Source: Anaerolineales bacterium (GTDB lineage: Archaea; Halobacteriota; Methanosarcinia; Methanosarcinales; Methanocomedenaceae). From it: a stretch of DNA of 29,034 bases. The notes beneath the pieces are model-generated. The model made no database searches. It was not told where the DNA came from and worked only from the letters and a program-made list of their open reading frames with translations. The DNA lies in assembly GCA_048634225.1 (NCBI GenBank), contig JAIWAT010000001.1, positions 1 to 29,034 on the forward strand, read 5' to 3'. Below, piece after piece: positions 28,435-29,034 of the stretch. Within the stretch, counting starts at the first letter, position 1, and every line of letters starts with the position of its first letter. A program made the position numbers and the translations under genes.

Positions 28435-28448
28435 TATGTACAATTTAT

Positions 28449-29006
28449 ATGTACGATTTGAGCCATGTATTCACGAAATCAAATCTTAAGATTCTCAGAC
28501 TTTTGAAGAAGGAAGAGGGGTTATATATCAGGGAGATTGCAGAAAGACTTGCTATATCGCCTTTTTCTGTCCACAATTCGATCAAGTTATTTAAAAGATT
28601 GGGGTTTGCCGAGGTAAAGAAAGTCAAAAACAGGAAAACAATCTATCTGGTCAGGGATAATCCTATACTTAAAAAAATATTTTCGTTGATAAATATTTCA
28701 GACCTATCAGGGAATAAGAACTTTAAAAGGCTAATGAAATCAGGAAAGGTGGGGGTTTACGGTAGTTTTGCATCAGGCGAGGATACTAAACATAGCGACA
28801 TTGATCTATGGTGCTATAAGCAGGAAAAAGTTTCAAATATTGAACTAAGAGAAATCACCAGGGAGATTGAGAAGGACTTTGGGATGGAAGTAAAACTATT
28901 TGTTTTGAGTGACTCAAAGATAAAGGATATAATGGATAATGACCCTGAATTTTTTTACCGGTTGAAATTGAGTTCAATAGCTGTAAATGGTGATGTGTTT
29001 GGCTGA
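28449..29006 (+). CDS. Winged-HTH + minimal nucleotidyltransferase (MNT) antitoxin-like protein
   Basis: LYIREIAERLAISPFSVHNSI (HTH); VYGSFASGEDTKHSDIDL (GS...DxD nucleotidyltransferase motif). Confidence 0.9.
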   Translation: MYDLSHVFTKSNLKILRLLKKEEGLYIREIAERLAISPFSVHNSIKLFKRLGFAEVKKVKNRKTIYLVRDNPILKKIFSLINISDLSGNKNFKRLMKSGKVGVYGSFASGEDTKHSDIDLWCYKQEKVSNIELREITREIEKDFGMEVKLFVLSDSKIKDIMDNDPEFFYRLKLSSIAVNGDVFG

Positions 29007-29034
29007 AGTTGAAAGATGTTTCAATAAGGGGTTA
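28999..29034 (+). CDS. Start of a probable HEPN-domain partner gene (3'-truncated by the window)
   Basis: GGTGA RBS then TTG GCT GAA GTT GAA AGA TGT TTC AAT AAG GGG TTA = (M)AEVERCFNKGL, overlapping the MNT stop. This resembles recalled archaeal HEPN starts; only 12 codons are visible. Confidence 0.45.
   Translation, partial: MAEVERCFNKGL

Overview
Archaeal chromosomal window, Methanosarcinales-like by inference (uS3 C-terminal H-x-H...WHP motif, bacterial-type Adk, gene order). The core (8.5-26.2 kb, + strand) is the conserved ribosomal-protein superoperon: SPOUT methyltransferase, rpl3 to rpl15 with rnp1, then secY, adk, DUF106, cmk, cbf5 and tRNA-Ser(GGA). AT-rich accessory DNA lies on both sides. 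Left side: (i) a broken type I restriction-modification locus (DUF4268 nuclease, hsdM, a Schlafen/AlbA_2 ATPase-like gene, a duplicated hsdM tail plus an internally deleted Schlafen paralog, and an hsdS start fused in frame to a bacterial glnE fragment); (ii) a Doc toxin gene facing an unannotated 44-aa antitoxin-like ORF, bracketed by ~100-bp GC-rich direct repeats and, further out, by two hairpins with periodic arms that start with AAC and end with GTT. Right side: a 2.2-kb mini-island integrated in tRNA-Ser, with a 62-bp att duplication, an HNH nuclease, and an RHH-like ORF reading into the att site like the int(N) half of a split SSV-type integrase whose catalytic half is missing. An HTH-MNT gene and the start of a probable HEPN gene follow. 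All family assignments come from recalled motifs; no database searches were run.
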